Source: Patescibacteria group bacterium
Lineage (GTDB): Bacteria > Patescibacteriota > Patescibacteriia > UBA2591 > JAQUPP01
Assembly (NCBI GenBank): GCA_041649955.1
Contig: JBAZMD010000001.1
Location: forward strand, 68,079 to 132,078
Reading direction: 5' to 3'
Length of the DNA stretch: 64,000 nt
The position numbers were made by a program, and so were the translations under genes. The notes beneath the pieces are model-generated. The model saw nothing but the letters and a program-made list of their open reading frames with translations. It was not told the DNA's origin and made no database searches. Within the stretch, counting starts at the first letter, position 1. The number at the start of each line of letters is the position of its first letter. Below are positions 18,816-28,196 of the stretch, in pieces.

Positions 18816-19034
18816 TTACTTAATTTTACCAAGTTTTCTTAAATATTCCATTTTCTCGCGAGACGATTTTCTGCACAAAGCGCTTGCTCTGCGAAGAAGC
18901 TTGCTTTGCGGTTTAACATAAAATTGGCCTTTTTTGGCAAGGTCAAGCACGCCGCTTCTTTTAATGCGTTCGCTGAATCTTCTTAAAAAAATATTTAAGG
19001 ATTCGTTTGGTTTTCTTTTAAGTTCAATACTCAT
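18816..19034 (-). CDS. rpsU: 30S ribosomal protein S21
   Basis: 72 aa and basic, with an S21-like sequence (NESLNIFLRRFSERIKRSGVL...RRASALCRK). Confidence 0.9.
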   Translation of the reverse strand: MSIELKRKPNESLNIFLRRFSERIKRSGVLDLAKKGQFYVKPQSKLLRRASALCRKSSREKMEYLRKLGKIK

Positions 19035-19041
19035 ACTTTAT

Positions 19042-19069
19042 ATTATAATATATAATAATTAAAAAGCAA
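19042..19069 (-). promoter_or_regulatory. Promoter for rpsU (near-leaderless)
   Basis: ggggcTTGCTTtttaattattatatatTATAATataaagtATG. Only 7 nt separate the -10 box from the ATG. Confidence 0.55.
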
Positions 19070-19222
19070 GCCCCACCACATGGAAATTATTGTTTTTCTG
19101 TAAAATTACGATTTAATAAGTATAAATTAAAAAAAATATTTTAGTTAGATATTTGAAATTATTAAGCATATAAAAAAACAAGAGAACAGTAATTTTAATA
19201 ATTTCCTTGTGGTGGGGCAAGC
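19066..19222. repeat. MITE-like hairpin element with a C-rich and a G-rich arm, full-length copy
   Basis: Arms gcaagccccaccacatggaaattatt and aataatttccttgtggtggggcaagc. The AT-rich interior is homologous, in inverted orientation, to 54813-54962. Confidence 0.75.
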
Positions 19223-19256
19223 CTATTCTAACACATATTTTTATAGACGGGAAGAA

Positions 19257-20864
19257 CTACAAATTGCTATTTTTCTCTTGATAATATTTCGCTATATTGG
19301 CGCAATGAGTGGCTATTCCTCCCAGATTAACCAAAATATCATTAAAAATCGGGCCGTCGGCCGCATTGCATTCTCGGCGGTAAAATCTCTCCAAATGTTT
19401 TTCTTTTGCCGTAATTATCATTTCTTTTATTTTTTCATTATGTCTTAAAATTTTTTCCGCTAATTCTTGATTGGGCATTTCAATTAAAATAATCAAATCT
19501 TTAATGATTTTATCCAAAAATATTTTTATGTCTTCTATTTCTTGCTTGGCCGCTTTGGAAAATTTCACTTTGCATTGAATGCGATATTTGGCCAATTCAA
19601 CCAAATTTATAATATGATCGCCTATTCTTTCTATGTCGTCAACTATGCTTGAACATTGAATCAGTTGGGCGGCATTTTTTTGAGTTAATTTATTCTTGGG
19701 TATTTTATCTATAAAATTCATTACTTCTTTTTGAAGATTATCAATAACCAATTCCAAATAATTCAAATTTCTGTATCCCCTTTCGCTAAAAACGGAAATT
19801 ATTTTAAAAGCTCTTTTAAACATTTCTTCAGTTAACTGCACTCCTCTCTTCAATTCTTTTTGAACCGCTTCCAATGCCAGGGACGGTTCTTTTAAATATT
19901 GCTTGTCTAAAAATTCCGACCAAAGCGGCAATATTTTTTCCTGACCTGGAATTACTTTTTCCAATAATTTAGCAAATGGTTTTATTAAAAAAATAAACAA
20001 GCAGGCTACTAAAATACTGAAAAAGAAATGGCTGTTTACGATTTGTTGGGCAGTATTGCCGGTCAAATGTTTTATAAAATTGACATAATAATTAAGAAAC
20101 GGAAAAAGAAGAATAACAGTTATGGATTTAAAAAATATATTGGCAATGCCAGTTCTTCTAGCGTTTATTCCCCCTCCCAAACTGAATAAAAACGGTATTA
20201 TTGTCGCGCCGATATTGGCACCTAAAATTAAAGGCAAACCGACTTCAAGAGTTATCAAAGATTGCTGGCCTAAAAGAACAAGAATACTGGTGACAATTGA
20301 GCTGGATTGAATGAGAATTGTCGCCGCAATTCCGATTAATATGCCCAAAACAGGATTTTTTATGCTTTGAAAAAAATTTAAAAAATCTTGATTTCCTTTT
20401 AAAGGAATAATGACGTTGTTAATCAAATTCAGACCGAAAAAAATAAGACCGAAATAAAAAATTACCTTGCCGATGTTCTTGAGTTTTTCCGTAGGCGCGA
20501 CGAGCCAAAATATCATGCCGATAATCAAAAAAATCGGCGCGATATTCATAATATTGAAAGCAACCAATTGGGCAGTAAGAATCGTACCGATATTAGCGCC
20601 CAAAATTATACCCAATGAATTTTCAACACTGATAACTCCGGCGCTGACTAAACCAATGGTGATAAAAATAATCGTCGCACTGCATTGAAAAATTGCCGTG
20701 GAAACAGCGCCGAGCCCCATTCCGTAAATCGGTTTTTGTGACAAATATTTAATGTATTGGCGGATTCTGGAATTAAAAACCATTTGCATCCGATAACTTA
20801 ATCGGATCATGCCGAACAACACGAACATTAAGCCCGTTAAAAATAAAATAATTTCTTGAGCCAT
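19257..20864 (-). CDS. Na+/phosphate symporter (NptA type) with a C-terminal PhoU-like domain
   Basis: 535 aa. Duplicated Na/Pi-cotransporter repeats (two GANIGT motifs, QSSS) and a C-terminal helical PhoU-like part (IERIGDHIINL). Confidence 0.85.
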   Translation of the reverse strand: MAQEIILFLTGLMFVLFGMIRLSYRMQMVFNSRIRQYIKYLSQKPIYGMGLGAVSTAIFQCSATIIFITIGLVSAGVISVENSLGIILGANIGTILTAQLVAFNIMNIAPIFLIIGMIFWLVAPTEKLKNIGKVIFYFGLIFFGLNLINNVIIPLKGNQDFLNFFQSIKNPVLGILIGIAATILIQSSSIVTSILVLLGQQSLITLEVGLPLILGANIGATIIPFLFSLGGGINARRTGIANIFFKSITVILLFPFLNYYVNFIKHLTGNTAQQIVNSHFFFSILVACLFIFLIKPFAKLLEKVIPGQEKILPLWSEFLDKQYLKEPSLALEAVQKELKRGVQLTEEMFKRAFKIISVFSERGYRNLNYLELVIDNLQKEVMNFIDKIPKNKLTQKNAAQLIQCSSIVDDIERIGDHIINLVELAKYRIQCKVKFSKAAKQEIEDIKIFLDKIIKDLIILIEMPNQELAEKILRHNEKIKEMIITAKEKHLERFYRRECNAADGPIFNDILVNLGGIATHCANIAKYYQEKNSNL

Positions 20865-20872
20865 AAAAAAAT

Positions 20873-21265
20873 TTATATCTCCGGTTTTACAACAATATAT
20901 TTGCCGATCTTATCCAAAATATCGGTCAAATGAACATTAGATTTAATCAAATAATCCACTGCCCCGAGCGCCTTGCCCTTGGCCACTTCTTTATCCTGTC
21001 CGAGATTTGAAAGAATAACCACCGGAATCGTACTGCCTACCGGGTCATATCTTAATTTTTCCAAAACCTCGAAACCGTTCAATTTCGGCATTGAGAGATC
21101 AAGTAAAATAAGATCCGGTTTTTCTTTAATAGCCAAATTAAGCGCTCGTTCGCCGTCTTCGGCTTGAACCACATTGTAACCGGCACTTTCAATCATGCTG
21201 GCTAAAATACCGCGCATGTCCGGTTCGTCTTCGGCAATTAAAATTTTTTTAATTGTTTCTGCCAT
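20873..21265 (-). CDS. Stand-alone response-regulator receiver protein (no output domain)
   Basis: 130 aa. ILIAEDEPD acidic pocket, phospho-acceptor context LILLDLSMPKLNG, and conserved K in VDYLIKS. Confidence 0.9.
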   Translation of the reverse strand: MAETIKKILIAEDEPDMRGILASMIESAGYNVVQAEDGERALNLAIKEKPDLILLDLSMPKLNGFEVLEKLRYDPVGSTIPVVILSNLGQDKEVAKGKALGAVDYLIKSNVHLTDILDKIGKYIVVKPEI

Positions 21266-21296
21266 AATTTAAAATTAATTAATTAATTAATATATT

Positions 21297-23756
21297 TTAT
21301 TTACTAATCGGCAAGGTGAAACAAAAAGTCGTGCCTTTATTTTCTTCGCTTTCAAACCAAATTTTTCCGCCGCTTACTTCCACTAACCCCTTGGCTAAAT
21401 AAAGTCCAAGACCGGTTCCCGGTTTTTGGCTAACATTATCAGCTCTGAAAAATCTGGAGAAAATTTTTTCTTGCTGGGATTTTGGTATACCCATACCCTG
21501 ATCGGAAGTTTGATAAAGTATTTCTTCTCCTTTTTGTTCAATTTTTATTTTTATTTCCGAATTATCCGGAGAATATTTAATGGCATTATCCAATAAAATA
21601 ATAATCACTTGGCGAATTTTCTCCTCGTCAATTTTAACTTTCGGTAAAAGAACTGGCGGTTTTTCCACATTTAATTTAATATTTTTCTTTTCCAAATACG
21701 GTTTATATTCGTCCAAAATAGAATTCACTAATTCTTCAATTTGTTTTTCTTCTGTTTTAAAAACCAATCTGCCTGCATCAAGCCGCGAAACATTAAGCAG
21801 ATCATTGACCAATTCCACCATCCTTTCGCTTCCGCGATGAATTCTCTCAACTTCTCCTTTTTCTTTGTCGTCTAATTTTTTACCAAGTGTTTGAAGCAAG
21901 GCTTCCGCCCCCCATTTAATAATAGTCGCCGGCGTTCTGAGCTGATGAGAAGCCAAAGAAATAAATTGAGATTTAAGTTTGTCAATTTCTCTCTCTCGAG
22001 TAATATCGCGCAATACTACCACTCCGCCGATAATTTGGCCATTTTCATCTTTCAAGGGCGCGGCTGAACTGGCAATCGGCACCTCTTTTCCGTCGCTGGT
22101 AAACAAAATAGATGGATCAATCAAATTGGTTAATTTTCCGCTTACTAAAGCTTGACTGATAAAATCTTTATTTTCCGTTTTATCTTCTTCTTTAAAAATT
22201 TTAAGAATTTGATCATAGGGCTTACCTAAACAATCTTTCTCCAGAAAACCCGTGATTCGCGTGATAGCCGGATTAATAAGAGCCAATCTTTTTTCCGAAT
22301 CAATCACAAAAACGCCGTCACCGATGCTGATTAAAATTGTTTCCAATCTGTTTTTTTCTTGTTCAATTTCCGCTTTGGCTATTCTCAATTCTTCGGTTCT
22401 TTCTTTTACTTTTTGTTCCAAAGTTTCATAATAAGCCCTCAATTTCAAAGTCATCTGATTAAAACTGTCGGCCAATTGTTCAATTTCGTCGCGGGTATTT
22501 ATTTTTATTTGATAAAATAAATTTCCTTTGCTGATTTCTTCCGCGCCTCTGGTTAATTTTTTAATCGGCGCGCTGATTGCTCTAGAACTGAAAAAAGCCA
22601 AAATAATCAAAATGATTGCCAAAACCAATAAAACAATAAAAATAAAATTTTTGGTATTTTGAGCGCTAGCAATTACCTCATTTACCGGAACCACTAATCC
22701 CAAACTCCAACCCGTATCTTTAATTGGATAATAAGCGATATATTTTTCTGATTGGTTGAATTTAATTGTTTCAATGCCGTTCTTGCCTTTAATCATGGAC
22801 ATTACCGCGTATTTCAAATCAGGATTGGAAGTTTCCAGCAAACTTGATTTTCTGATTTCGGAAATTCCCAATTGTTCGTCATTTATTCCCAAATCAGCCT
22901 GAGCTCGCACCGGCAAGCTTATTAATCTGGCTTCTTTGTCAATCATAAAAGCATAACCGGTTTTCCATAATTTAATGTCCAAAATGCGATTAGTGATATC
23001 TTCCAAAGTCAAATCAATGCCGGTTAACATTTTCATTTTATCATTTTGATAAACCGGGGCCAAAGCTGAAATCATCAAGCCATGACCGGTTACGTCAACG
23101 TATGGCGGCGTCCATTTGGCAAGTTTATTCGGATTGTTAATCTCGGTTAAATCATCCCAAAACGGAGCGGCTACGCCATCTTTATTGGCATCAGCCGGTA
23201 AAACATCCATGGCAAAACCGCCTTGATTATCAGGATTAGGATCGGAATTCGGATAAAAACGATACCAGCAATATTTATTGCCGATAATATAAATATTATC
23301 AGTATTCGGATTTTCATTTTTTATCGTCGGAAAAATAAAATCCAAATCAGCTGATAAATTCAAATCATTTTTTACTTGGTCATCAAGCGGACACCAATTA
23401 AAAACAATGACTGATGAAACTTCGTCGGCCGAATTTCCGTATTGCCCTTCCGGTCCTCTAAATAAACTGTCTGTTGACCAATAGTCCGGATGATAAAAAA
23501 GATCCGGGTTATTGAAAACATTGGTGGCAAAATCAGCCAAATTTTTGCTGGCCGAACTCACTTTTGATAATGATAAATTAATTTTATCAGCCTCGCTCTG
23601 TGAAAGACTTTTCAAGCGATTGGTGGCTTCATTCTCCAATTCTGTCGTTGTTTTGGAAATGGAAATAAAACCGATCAAAGCAATCGGCAATAAAGCAAAA
23701 AGGGTAAATATTAAAATCAATTTAATATTAAGCCCGAATTTAAACTTCTTTTTCAT
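21297..23756 (-). CDS. Sensor histidine kinase (Cache-like periplasmic domain, HAMP, PAS, HisKA, HATPase)
   Basis: 819 aa. Two TMs flank a ~330-aa extracytoplasmic domain. H-box SLASHQLRTP, N box LLDNAIKYSP, and G boxes DQGMGI and GTGLGL. Confidence 0.9.
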   Translation of the reverse strand: MKKKFKFGLNIKLILIFTLFALLPIALIGFISISKTTTELENEATNRLKSLSQSEADKINLSLSKVSSASKNLADFATNVFNNPDLFYHPDYWSTDSLFRGPEGQYGNSADEVSSVIVFNWCPLDDQVKNDLNLSADLDFIFPTIKNENPNTDNIYIIGNKYCWYRFYPNSDPNPDNQGGFAMDVLPADANKDGVAAPFWDDLTEINNPNKLAKWTPPYVDVTGHGLMISALAPVYQNDKMKMLTGIDLTLEDITNRILDIKLWKTGYAFMIDKEARLISLPVRAQADLGINDEQLGISEIRKSSLLETSNPDLKYAVMSMIKGKNGIETIKFNQSEKYIAYYPIKDTGWSLGLVVPVNEVIASAQNTKNFIFIVLLVLAIILIILAFFSSRAISAPIKKLTRGAEEISKGNLFYQIKINTRDEIEQLADSFNQMTLKLRAYYETLEQKVKERTEELRIAKAEIEQEKNRLETILISIGDGVFVIDSEKRLALINPAITRITGFLEKDCLGKPYDQILKIFKEEDKTENKDFISQALVSGKLTNLIDPSILFTSDGKEVPIASSAAPLKDENGQIIGGVVVLRDITREREIDKLKSQFISLASHQLRTPATIIKWGAEALLQTLGKKLDDKEKGEVERIHRGSERMVELVNDLLNVSRLDAGRLVFKTEEKQIEELVNSILDEYKPYLEKKNIKLNVEKPPVLLPKVKIDEEKIRQVIIILLDNAIKYSPDNSEIKIKIEQKGEEILYQTSDQGMGIPKSQQEKIFSRFFRADNVSQKPGTGLGLYLAKGLVEVSGGKIWFESEENKGTTFCFTLPISK

Positions 23757-23780
23757 GCTTTAATTATACAATAATTCGGA

Positions 23781-23820
23781 TAAAATAAAAGGCCTGCTTT
23801 GATAACTTCTCAAAGCAGGC
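23781..23820 (-). terminator. Intrinsic terminator after the PLP-enzyme gene
   Basis: Stem gcctgctttga/tcaaagcaggc, followed on the minus strand by cttttatttta. Confidence 0.7.
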
Positions 23821-23838
23821 TCTAAAAATGTAAATTCC

Positions 23839-25290
23839 TTATTTCACCGTCTCAATCACATCCAAAATCTTTTCCAATTCTTCTGGAGATTCATTGCCTC
23901 CGGCAATACGAATCATATCGCCAAAAACACCAACTCGGGTTTTTTCAAAAGCGAAACTGCCGCCGTATTCAACTAATCCTTTTAAACCGCCTTTTTCCAG
24001 CTTGTCCGCTGTTTCCCAAGCATTTTCACATTGGATGTAAAAAACAGCTGTCGCTCCATCGGGTAAATTCTTTTCCGTGTATTCATAATTGGGATGAGTC
24101 GGTAAATTGGGATGAGAAACAGCTGTAATTCCCATTCTTCCGATTGCTTTGGAGAAGCCCTGAGCTAAAATTTTGGTATTACTAAGGATTTGCTTATTGC
24201 GGATATTAAATTCTTTTTTGGTCGTTTCCGGCAAACGCGCTTCTGAACTTTTTGGCGGATATGTACCTTCTCTCATTCTCTCAATTTCAAGCTCAAGTAA
24301 TTTGTTAGGATCATTGCTATATGCCACACCTATTGTCGTCTTGTCTTTGGCAAAAAATTTAGTTCCCGAATCAACGACTAAAACCGACGCTTTAGTTTTT
24401 TTAATTTCTTGAGGCAAATTAAGATTTGTTTCAGTTGGCAAAGTATTATCCAAAATTAGAGTCATCGGCATTTCCCTTTTAGCCAGCCAAACCGTATCAA
24501 ATAAAGACTTTAATTCCAAAAGTGCACCTCGACGATCCTCGCTAATCATAATTGCCTCTTCTTCTAAATCCCGCAGTAAATCCTTTAGCGGCATATAACT
24601 TTGTTCTTTATTAATTTTTCGAGCAGTTCCCTCAAATTCTTTGACTAAATTTTCTAATTTGGCTTTTTGCTCAGGGCTATATTTTTCGCCTCGTCCAGCT
24701 CCTTCCCAATCGCCGGCTGTCAGCCAGTCACGAATCCAATCTTTATGAAACAATTGTTTCTCAATCAAGGTTGGCAGATTTAAATCTTTTTGATATTTTT
24801 CATTCATCTCTTCTGTTTTTTCAAAAAGATTTTTCAAATCAACCACCGGCATATCCTGAGCATTACCGACTGTTTCGGTAAAAATCGCTTTCGGACGATA
24901 CTGGTCAATCAATTTGTTCAGTTCGTCTTTTTCTCCGCTTTTAATCGGAATACATTTGACGCCGCGAATCATCAAATCTTTTTCAATAAAATTTTTTGAT
25001 TCGCCATAAGTTGAAGGACTGTAAAGTAAAACATCACCTTTGGTCAAATGCAAACTTTCTATGGCGCCATTAACTGCCGCCATACCGTCATTATAAAGTA
25101 AAACCTTGTCTGCACCAATTTCTTGGGCAACCTTCATCTGGCGTTCTCTTAAAGCGGGATAATCATAACGGGCATAAATCTCTACCGGTTCACCTTTTCC
25201 ATATTTTTCAAAAGCATCCTTCCACTCACCAAGGGTTTCATAAGTACCGGTAACGTCTAAATTTTTTTCACCAAATTTTTCTCTTTCCAT
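23839..25290 (-). CDS. PLP-dependent enzyme of the Cys/Met-metabolism (gamma-family) type with a large internal insertion
   Basis: 483 aa. N-part YARYDYPALRE...DGMAAV...TETVGN, and a putative PLP-Lys in VVDSGTKFFAK. A >100-aa charged helical segment lies between these blocks. Confidence 0.65.
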   Translation of the reverse strand: MEREKFGEKNLDVTGTYETLGEWKDAFEKYGKGEPVEIYARYDYPALRERQMKVAQEIGADKVLLYNDGMAAVNGAIESLHLTKGDVLLYSPSTYGESKNFIEKDLMIRGVKCIPIKSGEKDELNKLIDQYRPKAIFTETVGNAQDMPVVDLKNLFEKTEEMNEKYQKDLNLPTLIEKQLFHKDWIRDWLTAGDWEGAGRGEKYSPEQKAKLENLVKEFEGTARKINKEQSYMPLKDLLRDLEEEAIMISEDRRGALLELKSLFDTVWLAKREMPMTLILDNTLPTETNLNLPQEIKKTKASVLVVDSGTKFFAKDKTTIGVAYSNDPNKLLELEIERMREGTYPPKSSEARLPETTKKEFNIRNKQILSNTKILAQGFSKAIGRMGITAVSHPNLPTHPNYEYTEKNLPDGATAVFYIQCENAWETADKLEKGGLKGLVEYGGSFAFEKTRVGVFGDMIRIAGGNESPEELEKILDVIETVK

Positions 25291-25343
25291 AATTTTTTCC
25301 TCCTTTTTTTCCCATTATATAATGGGCTAACCTTTATAATTAA

Positions 25344-25372
25344 ATAATAGCAAAAATTTTGATTTTTGTCAA
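25344..25372 (-). promoter_or_regulatory. Conserved promoter module (PLP-enzyme gene)
   Basis: ggggaTTGACAaaaatcaaaatttttgcTATTAT. Confidence 0.7.
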
Positions 25373-25376
25373 TCCC

Positions 25377-26237
25377 CTATTTTTGTTCTTCTTGCTTCCT
25401 AGATTGTACAATTATAGCTTTTTCTACTAGTTCAATATCATTAGGAAGTTTCTTCGCTTCAAAGTCGCCATTATTATCTTGTGAACTAATTTTTTCATAA
25501 AGTAACTTTAATCTATTTTGTTTTTCATCAGTAAGATTCCAACCTTTTTTGAAATCTTCCGTAGATAAAGGGATGTCATATCTGTATAAAATTTCGTTTT
25601 TAATAAAACCGGCATTTTTTAATAATTCTAATAAGGCTTGTTCATCTGTGATAAATTTTTCAACTGCTACTTTTTCTGCAATAATCTTTTCCCTTTCTGT
25701 ATAAAGATAATTAGTCATTTGATTATTTCGAACGGCCGGTGAAACTAAAGCGGATAAAATAAGCTTGCCATCATTTTTTAAAACCCTATTCACTTCTGAT
25801 AGAGCTTTTATCTGTAAGGGTTTTGGAAGATAATCTAAAACCTGTTTTATGGTAATTATGTCGACTGATTTATCATTCAGGGGAATGTCAATAATATCCC
25901 CTGGAAGTTTATCATAACCCTTTTTATCAGGAATCTCATTAAGCATGTCTAGATTCCTGTCAATAAAAATTGTTTTAATGTTAATTCCTTTGTCTTTTAA
26001 TTTCTTCTCAAATTCTTTATTAAAAAAATCCCCGCATATTCCGGGACCGCAACCAATATCAGCTAAAATAATTTCTTTTTTCTTAGCTATTTCTTCAAGA
26101 TCTAAACCGCGAAACATATTCTCTAATACGTCTTCTCTGGCCTGATAACCACGCAAGGATTCTCTATAATTTTTTATCCTCCAAGTATCTCTTGAAACAA
26201 TGTCGCCAGTTGAAACTCCTTTTTCAATATTTGTCAT
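25377..26237 (-). CDS. Class I SAM-dependent methyltransferase
   Basis: 286 aa. Motif I ILADIGCGPGICG, then FIDRN and DIITIKQVLDYL. Confidence 0.8.
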   Translation of the reverse strand: MTNIEKGVSTGDIVSRDTWRIKNYRESLRGYQAREDVLENMFRGLDLEEIAKKKEIILADIGCGPGICGDFFNKEFEKKLKDKGINIKTIFIDRNLDMLNEIPDKKGYDKLPGDIIDIPLNDKSVDIITIKQVLDYLPKPLQIKALSEVNRVLKNDGKLILSALVSPAVRNNQMTNYLYTEREKIIAEKVAVEKFITDEQALLELLKNAGFIKNEILYRYDIPLSTEDFKKGWNLTDEKQNRLKLLYEKISSQDNNGDFEAKKLPNDIELVEKAIIVQSRKQEEQK

Positions 26238-26266
26238 AATTTTGATTATATTTAAAAAAAATTAAG

Positions 26267-26614
26267 CTATTTTGAACCGGAATTTAATAAATTTTCAATT
26301 ATAGATAATTTATCTCCTGAAATATTCTTTAAAATTTTTGAGAAATAGTCAGTAGTAACATCATTTGTAACTTTTTTAGTTATGGCTTTAATTTCTTTTT
26401 CAGAATAATTTTCTTTAAGAAAATTATCTATTTCTTCATAGTTGAAATTTCCGTCCTTTGATTTATAACCTTTTTCTGTTAATGCTTCAACAATAATATT
26501 GGTTGATATTAAATCTCCCAATTTCTTTACGCTATTATTAATTTCGCTTTCCGAAAATTCAAGCACATTAAGAATTTTATAAATCTTTTCAATTTCTTCA
26601 GCGGCTATATTCAT
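26267..26614 (-). CDS. Hypothetical protein (115 aa)
   Basis: ORF tightly spaced with its neighbours (25-29 nt gaps). No motif recognised. Confidence 0.55.
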   Translation of the reverse strand: MNIAAEEIEKIYKILNVLEFSESEINNSVKKLGDLISTNIIVEALTEKGYKSKDGNFNYEEIDNFLKENYSEKEIKAITKKVTNDVTTDYFSKILKNISGDKLSIIENLLNSGSK

Positions 26615-26639
26615 ATATTTGTAATGACTAAAAAATTTA

Positions 26640-27065
26640 TTATATTTTTTTTGATTTTTCCATTTTAATTTCTCTGTCCAATTTGATACGTTGAATTGCG
26701 CTCTTTATCCCCTCTGAAAAAATGAGTATTCCCATTCCTGTAACGGATATAGCAAGGGTTTCTGCTGCATGAATTTCCCCTCTTGTTAATGCTTGTCCCA
26801 TAATATTTATCATTTGTTCCTGATTTAAAAATGCTATTCTGGACATTTCTAAACCAGCAAGCGTACTAAGGGTTCCGAAAAATTTAGCAGCCGTATCTTC
26901 CAATTCATGAGGTCTGAGAATATTTAAAACATTTTTTATTTTATCAAAGACAGATTTTTGTTTTTCTTCAAAAAAATCCTTACTTAATTTTTCTGGATTT
27001 TTTTCTTGATCTATTTGTTGTTCCGGAGTTAGTATCTCTTCTGGAATTGGTTTTTCTCCGTTCAT
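26640..27065 (-). CDS. Hypothetical protein (141 aa)
   Basis: ORF with SD GAGGT and a conserved promoter module upstream (27126-27154). No motif recognised. Confidence 0.6.
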   Translation of the reverse strand: MNGEKPIPEEILTPEQQIDQEKNPEKLSKDFFEEKQKSVFDKIKNVLNILRPHELEDTAAKFFGTLSTLAGLEMSRIAFLNQEQMINIMGQALTRGEIHAAETLAISVTGMGILIFSEGIKSAIQRIKLDREIKMEKSKKI

Positions 27066-27125
27066 ATATTTACCTCATTAAGATTGTTTTTAAACAATCT
27101 TTTAATTGATTATTTATCTATTTTC

Positions 27126-27154
27126 AGAATAGCATATTTTAAGGAATTTGTCAA
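27126..27154 (-). promoter_or_regulatory. Promoter module (operon 27065 to 25377)
   Basis: TTGACAaattccttaaaatatgcTATTCT. Confidence 0.65.
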
Positions 27155-27196
27155 TTAACCGTTCAGTTAACGCTAAGGAATGACAATTTCAACTGT

Positions 27197-28054
27197 CTAC
27201 TTTTTAATCTTTAAAATATAAATTGGCATAAATTCCGTATAAGTCCAACGAGGAGCTTCTACAATTGCTTTAATGGCAAAATATTTTTTAAGCATATTCT
27301 CAAATTCTTTTTTAAAAAAAGTAATATGAATGATTTTACCACCGTGTTTCTCTATATTGTGTATTTTCCAAACATCTTCTTTTCTAAGTTTTATTTCCCC
27401 TTTTTCCAAGGCAGGATTAAAAAGATCAAACATTTTTTTCACAGACCATTCTTTCGTTTTTTCGTTGTATATTTTTTTCTTCCATTTTGTATAGTATCCT
27501 AGGGCAAACCAAAACATAAGCCAAGTGGTTTTTTTCTGATTATATTGTTTTTGAAAATAAGAAAAATTTTCTTGCGGTTTCTCCGGCAAATAAATAAAAT
27601 TGCGCGTAATAAAATATCCATCGGGTTTTAAAAGTTTGTTGATGTTTTTTAATAATTCAGGATGAAGTTTAACCGGTATATTATTAAGAGAAGCATCAGC
27701 AAGTACTGCGTCAAAACAATGCTCCGGCAAAAATTGTACCATTTTTAACCAATCGCATCTCATCATTAAATTCTTATCATCGTCTCTAAATTTCATTGTT
27801 TGATACATTGATTCAATGACATTAAAACTTATATCAATTGCTAAAGTTTCGCAGCCCAAACCAATGGCCATGTCTCTTAATTCCGGCGTAGCGCCCAAAA
27901 CTAAAACACGCGGATCCTTTTTTCCCTTAATGGCTAATTTCAAATATTTTTTATAAATATCTAATTCTTCTTTTATCGGCGCTGAAGACCCTTCCCGCTT
28001 AGCGCGGGAAGAAGCTACTTTTTTTATATCCCAACGTGACAATATTGTTTTCAT
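27197..28054 (-). CDS. SAM-dependent methyltransferase, paralog family LG.TPE.RD (copy 1 of 3)
   Basis: 285 aa. Motifs VLVLGATPELRD, AIDIS, VLADASLNNIP, LLKPDGYFITR and tail KKYFAIKAI. Clearly homologous to ORFs 38786 and 39646. Confidence 0.75.
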   Translation of the reverse strand: MKTILSRWDIKKVASSRAKREGSSAPIKEELDIYKKYLKLAIKGKKDPRVLVLGATPELRDMAIGLGCETLAIDISFNVIESMYQTMKFRDDDKNLMMRCDWLKMVQFLPEHCFDAVLADASLNNIPVKLHPELLKNINKLLKPDGYFITRNFIYLPEKPQENFSYFQKQYNQKKTTWLMFWFALGYYTKWKKKIYNEKTKEWSVKKMFDLFNPALEKGEIKLRKEDVWKIHNIEKHGGKIIHITFFKKEFENMLKKYFAIKAIVEAPRWTYTEFMPIYILKIKK

Positions 28055-28095
28055 ATTATTATTTATTATTTTAAACTTTTTTAGTCTTTAATTTA

Positions 28096-28123
28096 AAAAT
28101 AGCAAAATTTAGTCTTTTGTCAA
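28096..28123 (-). promoter_or_regulatory. Promoter module (methyltransferase 27197-28054)
   Basis: TTGACAaaagactaaattttgcTATTTT. Confidence 0.6.
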
Positions 28124-28133
28124 TGATAAAAAT

Positions 28134-28181
28134 GTAAAAAAAAGAGGCCAGATGTTTCCAATGTTGAAAAACACCTGGCCT
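28134..28181 (-). terminator. Intrinsic terminator after the 78-aa gene
   Basis: Stem aggccaggtgttt/aaacatctggcct, followed by a T-run. Confidence 0.7.
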
Positions 28182-28196
28182 GGCAAGGGTTAATTT

